A stretch of 32,837 nucleotides of DNA from the NCBI GenBank assembly GCA_030770535.1, contig JASVEC010000198.1:1-32837 (forward strand). The letters run 5' to 3'. This document shows positions 1-10,346 of the stretch, piece by piece (position 1 is the first letter of the stretch; every line of letters starts with the position of its first letter). The notes beneath the pieces were generated by a model. That model worked only from the letters and a program-made list of their open reading frames with translations. It was not told where the DNA came from and searched no databases. Made by a program: the position numbers and the translations under genes. This DNA comes from Batkoa obscura. Lineage: Eukaryota.

Positions 1-1246
1 TTTCTTTTTCAATATTCAATAAATCCTTCAACACTATTTCAAACTCTCCCTTAGGTAATCTCAACTCTTCACAGCTAATTAAATTCAATTCTAATCCACT
101 ATATCTTCCCTTCATTTGATCTATAACATACTGATTAATTTTAATAAATACTATATTGGGTTAACACATTCCCTTTTTTAGATGAAAAAAACTGTTCTTT
201 TTCTTAACCCTTTACTTTGATCTTCTTGATTCTTTTGATAATAAACTAATTCATCTTGTTTTTCTATCTAATTCAAAATATTTAGGTTGAAAATTCATTA
301 AATTTAAATCAGGTATAATTGTAGTCATTACTAAATAAGTTAATGACAATGCTTTCCATAATCCACTTCTTTTTTCCATTTCTTTTTTTTGTTCTTCGTT
401 TAAGTTATTGTCTCTTCTTGTAATTCCTCATCACATTTCAAAGCTTGTGCCATTCTCACTGCCAATGTAAAATATATCTAGCTGCTAACTCTAATTTCAA
501 ATGAGATAATGCTAAATAACTTAACAGTCCTAATCCAATGACATTATAATAACTTGGATCTCTCATAACTCTTTGGTAACTTAGTTTAATATTTCTTAAA
601 CTAGTACCATAAATGAATTTGAATTCACATTTATTTTTGGATAGAGTGTATCTAGCTAAGACAGCCATAAATACATGATGTAATAAAGTGTGTTTATTTT
701 TTATTATGGGATATAATTCATCAGGTTGAAGCCATAGATTATATCCATCAATAATGTTAATATAGATTTTGATTCCAGATTGGAGGAATTTACCATATTC
801 AAAATAAGGTTGGTGTGGGTTGAAATAAGTGGATTTATGAGTTAAATTAGAATTTAATTGATTTAATTTCTTACTTAAATTAAATTGTAGAGCGTTGACT
901 TTATTTATGTAATCCGATGTTACTTTTTTATTATTACCTTGTTGAATCTTATGGATCTCTTGTATTAATTTGGTTAAATACGCTGTTAAATTTTATGCAT
1001 TAAATTGTAACTTAATATATAATTAAATAAATTTCAATTACCTATCATTTCTTCCCTACTTTCAGGTATCTTTTGTATTACTCGATCATAACTTTGAATT
1101 AATAAACTCATCTTGGTTTCTAAAGTCTGTAAATTTAATCGTAATACATCCGCACCACTTCGTACCCTTTTATTTATAATTACTTTTTCTTCCACCCGGA
1201 ATTTAGTTAACATAGTAGATTTGTGTTCTTTATTAGTTAAAATCAT
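1..1246 (-). CDS. Divergent paralogue of the fungal TF middle-region-like protein; 2 exons, 3'-partial, frameshifted near the window edge (pseudogene or assembly error)
   Basis: ATG at 1246 (MILTNKEHK). A GTAATT...AACAG intron at 983-1041 joins ORF 1034-1324 in frame to the reading frame containing ORF 456-668. Motifs IIDGYNLWL, VIGLGLLSYLALS, AVRMAQALKC, LWKALSLTYL and LRLPKGEF match 7471-9222 (VVDPYRLWL, VALGLLSYISLS, AVRMAQCLGC, IWKTLYITYL, LLLPQDEL). About 5 frameshifts below position 480. Confidence 0.75.
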
Positions 1247-1569
1247 CCTTTGAATTATTGGAGTGTTAGTGGCAGTGGGTTTTAAATGCACTTTTTTAGA
1301 GAGCGTTGAAATAAATAGATACAATTTTTTTTTTTATATTCTTGAAATCTAATTGTTTATTTTAACAGACTAAAAAATTACTTTATTTTTTAAAATGCTT
1401 GGTAATTTTTCTTAGCTGAAAAATTGGCGAAGCTAGGCTAAATTTTTTGGGAAGAGTTTATTTTTTTAAAATTTTTTAAAAAGATAGGAGAATGCAAGAA
1501 TATGAAAAATGATAATATAATAGTAAAAAGGAGTTAATTAAAACCATAGACAAATTAAATTCTCGTTCT

Positions 1570-1902
1570 TTATATTTCTTTTTTACTTTCTACTTCCTCT
1601 TCATCTCTATTGCTCCCCTCTATTACCTCTTTTTTCTTAATTTCTTTTAATTCCGATATCTCATCTACCTTCCCTTCCATCTCTTCGGCATTCAACACAT
1701 CAGCAGGTTCAAACGGTTTTCTAGCAGGGAAATAGGTATCCAACATGGATTTTTTCGACTCTATCAATTGCTCTTCTACCTGTTTGACACGGTGATTTAA
1801 ACGAAAGTATAACCAAATAAGGATAACAGCACCGGTTAAATACATATCATATTTTTTACTAAGTTGATAAAGCTGGAAAAATAGATTGCTGATTTGGGAC
1901 AT
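1570..1902 (-). CDS. Small hypothetical protein, one N-terminal TM helix plus acidic/charged tail (110 aa)
   Basis: Intact ORF with GC above flanks, hydrophobic YLTGAVILIWLYF followed by E/K-rich tail; no family recognised. Confidence 0.55.
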   Translation of the reverse strand: MSQISNLFFQLYQLSKKYDMYLTGAVILIWLYFRLNHRVKQVEEQLIESKKSMLDTYFPARKPFEPADVLNAEEMEGKVDEISELKEIKKKEVIEGSNRDEEEVESKKEI

Positions 1903-2180
1903 TTTCGAGTTGTTTTTATGAGCTTAAATTTGCTGTTACTAAGATGGAACCGTTCCTTGGATGTTTATTTTTTCAAGAAATAATAAATTGGAAATACCAT
2001 GTGCTATTTTTTTGTACATAATTTTTTTCGAGAATGGCTAAATTTTTGACTACTTTCTTGAAAATTTCAACCTTGAAATTTATATTGACCAATGAAAGCT
2101 CAATTTTTAGAGCTCCAATTCTAATATGTTAACTATAATACTCTAATTGAGGGTTCTTAGTACCTATTAATAATAACATA

Positions 2181-2280
2181 TGGGGTTGTTTTTTCTGGTT
2201 TCATTATTCTTCCGTTTTTTAGGCGCTATTTGAGTGGAAAATTTGTTAGTAAAATTCTTAAACACAAAAATACATCCTCA
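2181..2280 (-). mobile_element. ~100-bp MITE copy
   Basis: TA|TGGGGTTG...CATCCTCA|TA; reverse complement of family consensus TGGGGATGTATTTTTGTGTTTAAGAATTTTACTAACAAATTTTCCGCTTAAATAGCGCTTAAAAAATGGAAAAATAATGAAGTCAAAAAAAACATCCCCA. Confidence 0.9.
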
Positions 2281-2378
2281 TATTATTGTTTTTTATTTTC
2301 TAAAATAAAATGAAATAAACATCGTCCTATTAAGTAAGAATTAGAAAAAGTGATTTTATCATACTAATATAAATAATA

Positions 2379-4170
2379 TCAATTTAAATGCTTATTAATC
2401 TCATCTATTAATCCTTTAGATAAACGAAATTGATGAATATAACGCTTGATTTAATGAGTTGTTGGCATCTCTAGCATGTATTTTATCATTGGATTTAGAT
2501 ATATCATATAGTACCTCAAGTAATAATATATATTTGATTCTTGATTCATAGATCAATAATCTGTGTTCCGTTTGTAGATCGGACACTTAATATAATAAAT
2601 TAACGAAGACAAAAAGGAACAATATAGTTGACGATAAAAAGGTATATGAGTGTTCAATCAAAATTGATGCTTAGGATCAAATTGATAAATTCTAGTAAAA
2701 ATTTCATGGCTCATTTATCTAAACTTTTATTTAAGCAGTATATAACAATTTGATTGGTATGCTTAAACAGTAGCTTTGGTTGTAAGTTTATAAATCGAAA
2801 AGGTCATAAACAAATTAAAACGTATGCGTAGTAAAGCGTAATAATAGTAATCTGAGTTAAGACTTTAATATACCTTTTAAAATCAAATTTATGATCATCA
2901 ACTTTGTCAACTAATTCCTTTTTACTGTAATTCCATTCATCTCTTGTTAACCTTTGATCTTTTATTAAATTTATTAATATATTTAGACAGTTTTTAAATC
3001 CTTTTTGAGGTAAAATCATATCTCTGGGACGTATTTCGGAAGATTTGTAATATTCTTTTGCTTTTTATACACGAGTAAATGTTTTTATATTTACTTAAAT
3101 AAAATCTTTAGCGCATATATATCGATACTCGTTCGTAGCTTTGTAGTTTTTTCATTGTTATCGCTAGACTTATTTTAGTTCTTTATGAAAAAATGTAGAA
3201 TCTTTGACTTCAAATTTGATGAAAGGTATATCTGAGATACGAGCTGAAAGCACTGGATAGGTAAGATGTAGAATTTTCTATATCCCCCTACCTAAAGATA
3301 GCTCGTCATATTCTATATACATGTCATCAATATTATCAAATCAATCATGATTAATATTATATCCTGAACATTTAGCCATTCTTACAGCATCTAAAAAATA
3401 TCGTTTAGCAAGATTATAATTAGAATAGGATAAACTAATATAAAACAATAGTCTTAAAACTACAACTATGTAACAGTTCAGATTAAAGCAAAATTGGGGT
3501 AAAATTGCTTTTACTCCTTGCGAAGTATTTCCGTAAATTTGTATATAAGCTACACTATTATGTGCAAGAGTGAAATGAACAAGAAAAGCGATTAATATAA
3601 GATAATATACGGGGATGTGTTTTTTGTTTAAGAATTTCATTAACAATCTTTCCACCCAAATAGCGCTTAAAAGATGGAAAAAGTAATAAAACTAAAAAAA
3701 TCATCCTCATATTGAGCTCCTTATTTGTCAAAATCTCCTTTGAGTTAATTTATCAAAGCATAATCTATAAGGATCTATAAGGATCTATAATTGTTTTGAA
3801 AAAAAATGGAATCACGCTCTGTTCTCACCACATTACTATTTCTCAATGTCACATTAGCTATCAAGAGCGATGAGGCAGTATTAAACCTACGATTCCTTTA
3901 TAGTATAGCCTCGAATTGGGAAACTTTTGTTCAGATCTCATCATTACTATATATTTTTTTCCTTGCTAAATTACTTCATATATTTCAAATATCAACTAAA
4001 TATCAATTAAAGATTAATATAGTATTGAAATGACTACTGATTACCTTTTGCTTAAATTTAATATTTGAATTTAAATCTAGTTACTTAAATATGTTATTTA
4101 ATATATAACCAATATTATTTAGCCTTAACTTTATCAAATTCACTCTATTTCTTATTTTTCCCTTTTCTAC
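2379..4170 (-). pseudogene. Pseudogene copy of the 583-aa TF-like gene
   Basis: Colinear nucleotide similarity to 7471-9222 (e.g. gccattcttacagcatctaaaaaata shared). Fragments LAKRYFLDAVRMAKC and DFKRYIKVL. Stops, frameshifts, a 10-bp tandem duplication near 3764-3790 and a MITE insertion. 5' end approximate. Confidence 0.9.
3610..3709 (+). mobile_element. MITE copy inserted in the TF-like pseudogene
   Basis: TA|CGGGGATG...CATCCTCA|TA; removing the element plus one TA restores codon register with the intact paralogue (KEPNILSY region). Confidence 0.92.
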
Positions 4171-4820
4171 TATCTTGATTATTTTAAACTTATATTACTA
4201 TTTATATTAAATTGAACATTATATGCAAAAACATGAAGTATATTGCAATTAAAATGAAAACACTAGTAAAACTATATATAAAAAAGCAGCTCAATGCTAA
4301 ATACACCCATCTCCTTACTTCATTGAAGACTTTTGATTTTATCTAGAATATTTATTTAAACCATTTTTAATAATTAAAAATTAAATAAAAATTTAACTCT
4401 AGTTCTTAACTTATTCCAAATAATTAAGATTGTTTTTTTAAATTATTTTTATAAACACTAAAGGTTATTTTATTAGTGTTTATTAATAATATGGACTAAA
4501 ACTTTATACTTTATAATGTGCTTTTTACTTTTAATAACTAACATTAAAATAATCATAAAATTAGTTAAAGTTAAGAAAAAAATAAATAACTATGTAAACC
4601 CTGATATAAATTAAAAAACTATAAATACATAAAACAGGATATGAAAAAAATTATATTAAAAACGTTTTCAAATTCTAGTCTTATTTAAATAAGCTTTATA
4701 TTCAAAAGTTATTAAAATACCATACAAAAGATATTAAAGTTTTATAATTATTTATGTTAAGTTAAAATAAAATAATGATAATATTTTAAATAGAATAAAA
4801 AAAATAAAAAGATTAGTATA

Positions 4821-4914
4821 TAAAAAGATATTTTTTAAAAAAATTTAATAACAGTTTTTTATTTGAATAATATTTAAAAAATAGAAAAAACAATAAAACT
4901 AAAAAACGTTTTTA
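4821..4914 (+). mobile_element. Heavily AT-mutated MITE copy
   Basis: Aligns end to end with the consensus mostly via G>A and C>T changes (ttttttatttgaataatattt vs ttttccgcttaaatagcgctt; cgttttta vs catcccca); TA on both sides. Confidence 0.6.
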
Positions 4915-4916
4915 TA

Positions 4917-5012
4917 TGGGGGTGTTTTTTCTGGTTTCATTATTTTTTCCATTTTTAAGCGCTATTTAAGCGGAAAGATTGTTAATAGAATTCTTTAAAA
5001 AATACATCCGCA
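4917..5012 (-). mobile_element. MITE copy
   Basis: TA|TGGGGGTG...CATCCGCA|TA. Confidence 0.9.
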
Positions 5013-5063
5013 TATAATTAAATAAATTATTAATAATTTTTATTAAATAACTAAAACTAGATA

Positions 5064-5161
5064 CGGGGATGTATTTTTGTATTTAAGAATTTTACTAACA
5101 AACTTTCCGCTCAAATAGCGCTTAAAAATAGAAAAAATAATGAAGTCAAAAAACACTCCTA
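5064..5161 (+). mobile_element. MITE copy
   Basis: TA|CGGGGATGTATTTTTG...CACTCCTA|TG. Confidence 0.9.
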
Positions 5162-5471
5162 TGTGGTATTATTTAAAAACCAGTAAACATTTTAATTCAA
5201 ATTATTATAATAATATACTAGCAAACTATTTGTATTAAAAAATATAACGTAGCAAAACAAGCAACATTTTTACCAGCAATTTTAATAATAAAAATAAAGT
5301 AATAGTGGTTTAAATATTAGTGAAAAATATTAGAGTATCTGCCATTACCTTTTTTTACTTATTATTTTCCATTATTAAAATGCTCATTAAAATATAAAGA
5401 TGCTTTGTTATTTTAAAAATGTTGGTTTTCTTATCTAGATATTTATTAATATTATATAGAGTTGTATTATA

Positions 5472-5572
5472 TGGGGATGTATTTTTACGTTTAAGAATTT
5501 TACTAATAAATTTTCCGCTCAAATAGCGCTTAAAAGGTGGAAAAAGTAATGAAATGAAAAAAATCATCCCCA
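5472..5572 (+). mobile_element. MITE copy
   Basis: TA|TGGGGATG...CATCCCCA|TA. Confidence 0.92.
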
Positions 5573-6068
5573 TATACTAGTGTAGAATCTGGCACTCAGT
5601 GACTGTAGTCAAAAACAGCTATTACCTGATTGATTATACTGTAAGTCGGAAGGTCTTAGTTTATGTGACTAAGATAGACTTGAATTGTGAAAAATAGTTC
5701 ATAATGGGTCACGGACTACGTAAAACAAATAGAATAGATAATACTAATGTAAAATCTATGTAAAATACTATCAAGAAAACTTAGTGGCTTTATTAAACGT
5801 TCGAGATATCAGGCAGTAATTGAGTCAAAAGCCTCAAGCTACTATGTTTTAGGATCTTTTTTCTACTTCAACAAGTATAGATACCAAAACGAGAGAATAA
5901 TATCCTTTGAGATGAAGCTAAAAATTCTCATAGAAAATCAAACTAAGAATGTGGGATTGATTTTCTCTGAACTCGAGAACACAACAGCTTAGGCGATTGT
6001 TATGGTATAATTAACCATGGAGCTGACAAAGCGATGTTTCACAAAAGTTAACTAAAAAATGAACTATA

Positions 6069-6104
6069 TAGGAATATATTTTTGTGTTTAAGAATTTTAC
6101 TAGC
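6069..6104 (+). mobile_element. MITE 5' fragment fused to the pogo relic
   Basis: taggaatatatttttgtgtttaagaattttactagc matches the first third of the consensus. Confidence 0.75.
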
Positions 6105-6830
6105 TAAAATAAAAGATAAGATTATCCAACCTTTAATATTAGTATCTTAAATAATGATTGCCTATTTTTTATCACCTTGTTGTACTGGTTTTAATTTATC
6201 AACATTATTAATGTTAATTATTACTTTCTTATTACAATACTACTTATAGTAAAACCACATTTGTTAAAATTGTATATATTATTTTATATATGCCATACTC
6301 TACAATAATCTTTTTGACAATACTAAACTAACATATGGGGCTGTTTTTTTTAGTTTCATTATTTTTCCATTTTTTAAGTGCTATTTGAGTGGAAAGATTG
6401 TACTAAAATTCTTAAATAAAAAAACACATCCCCATATTTATTTTTAGCTCTTCGATATCATATTTTTTATTTAGGCAAGTTCAAATTTTTGGCTTCTTTA
6501 TAAAAGTTGCCAACCTAGGTTTTACTAACTGGTGACACCTCATGTTTAGAAAAAAGTTGATCAGCTATATTTTTCATGTAAGCGTGTTCAAGGGAAATCG
6601 TTTGAAAATCAGTTCAAGTATATAGCTAACTAATACTTCCTCTTCTAAATTAGTCAGCTTCAATTTTGGTACAATATCTTTCCTTGAAAATACACTATTC
6701 TTCCCGTTATATTTGTTTTTTATCATATAGTATTTAATAAAAAATCATACTTTAAACCTTACCATGTTAAAAAGGATTTTGCATAGACTAGCTTCTTTTT
6801 CTTCAGTATTATTACTCAGTCTTTTTAAAG
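6096..6830 (-). pseudogene. Decayed pogo/Fot1-family DNA transposase (CENP-B-type HTH plus start of DDE domain)
   Basis: Manual translation: SRKDIVPKLKLTNLEEEVLVSYILEL..KRFP, NIADQLFSKHEVSPVSKT*VGNF, KYD-YRRA, *FSIVKKIIVEYGI, NIYNFNKCGF, KPVQQGDKK*AIII*DTNIKGW. These follow, in order, the Fot1-like motifs as I recall them: KLTxLEEEVIVxYILDL, PVGKNWxxNF, RKYDYQRA, DIYNFDETGF, QPGNREWVTVIQGINAxGW. Interrupted by a MITE; 5' end approximate. Confidence 0.88.
6336..6434 (-). mobile_element. MITE copy nested in the pogo transposase relic
   Basis: TA|TGGGGCTG...CATCCCCA|TA; transposase-like translation continues on both sides. Confidence 0.9.
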
Positions 6831-6885
6831 GATTACATATTTGTTAAAAACAAAATACTACTGAGACTATCAGTCGAGATGCATT

Positions 6886-6970
6886 TGGGGATGTTTCTGA
6901 TTTCATTATTTTTCCATTTTTTAAGCACTATTTGAGTCGAAAGATTGTTAGTAAATTCTTAAAAAATAAA
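6886..6970 (-). mobile_element. Truncated MITE copy
   Basis: TT|TGGGGATGTTTCTGATTTCATTATTTTTCC...; distal TIR lost. Confidence 0.8.
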
Positions 6971-7470
6971 ACTTAATTTTAAAAATATTGAAACTGATTT
7001 TCGAGAAATATAATTAAGCTTTTTTCGTCTATTAGTGGCTAAAAAGTATTCTATAAAAATACCTAGTACTCTTCTTCAAACAAGGATAATAGCATTACTA
7101 TACTACCTTTATTTAAGGAATTGAAATAACATGAGTTAAGGAATTTGAATGGTCTAAGCTTCGTTTAGTTAAAGATAACAATGGTCAAAAAGGCTTGAAA
7201 AAATGGGTTATCTTCCCTTTCTATATTGTTTATCAATTTTTATACTAAATAAAATACTTGCGAGTCATATGAATCTTTCAAGAATATGAAAAAATAGCCA
7301 GTACTTCACCTAAATGACATAAAAAAATAAACATTGCTTTTTAATAAGCAAAACAAAATTGATATAAACTAACTTATAAATTCTACCAAAAATTAATGAT
7401 GTATATTAAAAAAGTGAAATATTGAAAAATATTTGAAATTTTATAATTTATTGTAATAATATTACCAATC

Positions 7471-9222
7471 TCAATTAAAATATACAGATAACTCTTCTGT
7501 TAAACTTGGAGGTAAATGAAATCGATTTATACAGCACTTGATCTGATTTAATGCATTAATAGAATCTTTGGCATGTTTTCTATTATTAGATTTCGATACT
7601 TTATAAAGCTCTTTAACTAATGATACACATTTAATTTTAGCTTCATTAACCATAGTAACTATATCCTCCTCTAATGAACCGGAAGTTTGATGTAATAAAT
7701 TAATAAGTACAAAAAAACAATGATAAATTTGATAATAAAAAGGTACATAAATATTAGATTGACATTGATGTTTAAAACCGTATTGCTGGATTCTAGTAAA
7801 TAGCTCTTCATCATATTTTTTAAATAAACCTCTGTTTAAGCAATAAGTAATAACTTGATTAGAGTGATGAAACAGTAACTTTAATACTGATTTTGAGAAG
7901 TGAATAGGCTGTGGATAGACCATAACAGATGGGTAATAAAGGGTAATAATGACCTGTTCAATCAATACTTTAAGGTATCGTTTGAAATTAAATTCATAAT
8001 TATCGATTTTTTCAACTATTTCTTCTAAAGTATAATCGCATTCATCTCTTATTAACTTTTGATCTTGAATTAAATTCAATAATATCGTCAAACAATTTAT
8101 AAGTTCATCTTGAGGTAAAAGTAAAGCGTTAATAGATATATTAGAATAGTCATTATGTCTTCCGCAATTTTCTTTTACTTTTTGAATATGAGTTGCTATT
8201 TTCATTTTTACTTCAATATAATCTTCAATATATAGATATGGTAAGTTAGTTACAGCCTTATAAACTATTTTTTTGATAATATTACATCTATTTTGATCTT
8301 TTATAAATAAATGTAGAGGATCTTCGACATCAAATTTAATGAAAGGTATATCTGGAATACAAGACAAAATAGTCAAATAGGTAATGTAAAGGGTTTTCCA
8401 TATACTTTTGCCTAAAGATGGCTCATTATATTTTATGTTCATAGCATTGAATTCATTAGGAGAAGGGTAATTAATATTACACCCTAAACATTGAGCCATT
8501 CTTACAGCATCTAAAAAATAGCGTTTAGTAAGAACGTAATTAGAGCGAGACAAGCTAATGTAAGATAATAATCCTAAAGCTACTACACAACTATAAGTTG
8601 GATTAGAATAAGATTGGGGTAAGATTGATTTTATTCCCCTCAAAGCTTTTCGATAAATTTGTTTATAAACTAAGCTATTACATGGAAGAGTAAAACAAGC
8701 AAGGACAGCAATTAAAGTATAAGATAAAATGTTAGGCTCTTTTTTTGTTAAAATTGCCTTAAAATTAAATTTATCTAGCCATAATCTATATGGGTCTACA
8801 ACTGTTAAGAAAAAAATGGAGCCATATTCTAAAAATTGATTATAAACCTGATCCGTTTTCATGATAGTGCTATTTTTTAATCCTGTGTTATACTGTGAAA
8901 GTAATAAAATAGCATTAAGTTTATAATTCCTTTGTAATATAATTTTAAACTGAGAAATTTCTTTAAAGGTTTCATTATCATTATACTTGATTTCTTGATT
9001 TTTAATTTTGATTACTTTTTCAATCCACTTTAAATATTCTAGAAATAAATTAAACGCTAACAAAATATCAAAATGATTACCATTTACTCTTTGTTTGAAT
9101 TCTAAGCTCGGATATGAATCTAGCTGCCTAAGTATGTTGTTTAATGTGCAGTCAATGTCATCTATTTTTAACTTCACTTCATCTACTCTACTTCTTGTCT
9201 TTGCTTTTGAGTTCAACTCCAT
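7471..9222 (-). CDS. 583-aa protein resembling the fungal-specific TF middle homology region, without a Zn2Cys6 cluster
   Basis: Intact intronless ORF. N-terminal coiled-coil-like segment, then VVALGLLSY..RYFLDAVRMAQCLG..IWKTLY, similar to the 'ALLLL..AxRMAxxLG..R.WW.LY' pattern of Zn-cluster TF middle regions. No CxxCx6C motif. Confidence 0.8.
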   Translation of the reverse strand: MELNSKAKTRSRVDEVKLKIDDIDCTLNNILRQLDSYPSLEFKQRVNGNHFDILLAFNLFLEYLKWIEKVIKIKNQEIKYNDNETFKEISQFKIILQRNYKLNAILLLSQYNTGLKNSTIMKTDQVYNQFLEYGSIFFLTVVDPYRLWLDKFNFKAILTKKEPNILSYTLIAVLACFTLPCNSLVYKQIYRKALRGIKSILPQSYSNPTYSCVVALGLLSYISLSRSNYVLTKRYFLDAVRMAQCLGCNINYPSPNEFNAMNIKYNEPSLGKSIWKTLYITYLTILSCIPDIPFIKFDVEDPLHLFIKDQNRCNIIKKIVYKAVTNLPYLYIEDYIEVKMKIATHIQKVKENCGRHNDYSNISINALLLPQDELINCLTILLNLIQDQKLIRDECDYTLEEIVEKIDNYEFNFKRYLKVLIEQVIITLYYPSVMVYPQPIHFSKSVLKLLFHHSNQVITYCLNRGLFKKYDEELFTRIQQYGFKHQCQSNIYVPFYYQIYHCFFVLINLLHQTSGSLEEDIVTMVNEAKIKCVSLVKELYKVSKSNNRKHAKDSINALNQIKCCINRFHLPPSLTEELSVYFN

Positions 9223-10252
9223 AGTTAAATTCTTTTTTGTTTATCCCTTTAGCTTTATATTATTTTAGTTGCATTAAAATTAATCTTGAACATAAAATGG
9301 ATAATAAAAGCATAAAAGTACTTAATGAAAGTAAAACTTTGTTGGAGTTAAGCATAAAAAAGCAAACAAATGCTAAAATATATTTATTCATTTCATTATT
9401 TAATAAACCTTTCATATCATGTCAGATAAAAATGAACAAAATACTGAATCAAATATGGCAGTTCTACTGCCTTATAGTTTGGGAAGGAGGCTTTTCTACT
9501 TTATGGACTTTTCAAAGCTATACCAATAATAAAACATTGACTAAATTGCCCGTTATTTACCATACCCTAATTATCTGTAAATAGTAAATAGTAAAATCGT
9601 TATCTAATCTTTTTTACTTATTTTATGAGGGTGAGGGTTTAAATATTAAATCTCAAATTGTTTAAATGATATTAATAGACTGTATTTTAAATTTATTTTA
9701 TCAACTGTTGTAATATTAAAAAGGCACAATATCAAATTCGGCCTTTAGAAATAGTTTATTCTACTTACTATCTCCGAATATTAAGGTTTAATATTATTTG
9801 TTTTATTCATAAATATACGCCATAAAAAAGCAATAAAAATTTCAAACAAATGCCAGGAGCATACAGGACACTCCTATATATTTATAGGCATTATTCTAAA
9901 AAATAATTGGCTATTACTAAATCTTACCAACAAATAATATATATTAATTATTTACTTAAAAGTGTGCTTTGATATTTTTAAAAGTGTAGCCTCCAAAGAT
10001 TGAGTTACTTTTTATGGAAGTAAATTAAACCTAACAAGTACTAATTAATTTGAGTATTTCAAAATATATAACTGCATTAAGCTTAAATAATTAGGCTTTT
10101 AAAACAAAAATCAAATTTGATATAACAACTAGCTACCCTTCTGTTTATTTTGGTTTAACTTTATTTCTCTAAGAGTTACAATATACTTTTAATTATTTTT
10201 ATAGAAACAACCCTAAAACTTGCATTATAAAATCTTCACTCTGAATTAGATA

Positions 10253-10346
10253 TAGACATGTATTTTTTTAAGAATCTTACTGGTACCCTTTCTACTCAAA
10301 TAGTGCTTAAAAAATACAAGTGGCGAAACCAAAAAAAACATTCCCG
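10253..10346 (+). mobile_element. Degenerate MITE copy
   Basis: TA|TAGACATG...ctcaaatagtgcttaaaaa...CATTCCCG|TA. Confidence 0.8.

Noticed and set aside
3806..4033. 75-aa plus-strand ORF
   Set aside because: Antisense to the TF-like pseudogene.
5355..5573. 72-aa ORF
   Set aside because: First half is the antisense of a MITE.
5581..6043. Higher-GC segment from TGT to ACA as a solo LTR
   Set aside because: No matching target duplication (actag vs aaagt) and no second copy in the window.
6096..6830. Pogo relic as the autonomous parent of the MITE
   Set aside because: A MITE is inserted inside it, the neighbouring MITE pieces are not oriented as its termini, and its own TIRs are not visible.
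9237..9584. 115-aa ORF divergent from the TF-like gene
   Set aside because: TTG start, overlaps the presumed promoter, composition like AT-rich noncoding DNA.
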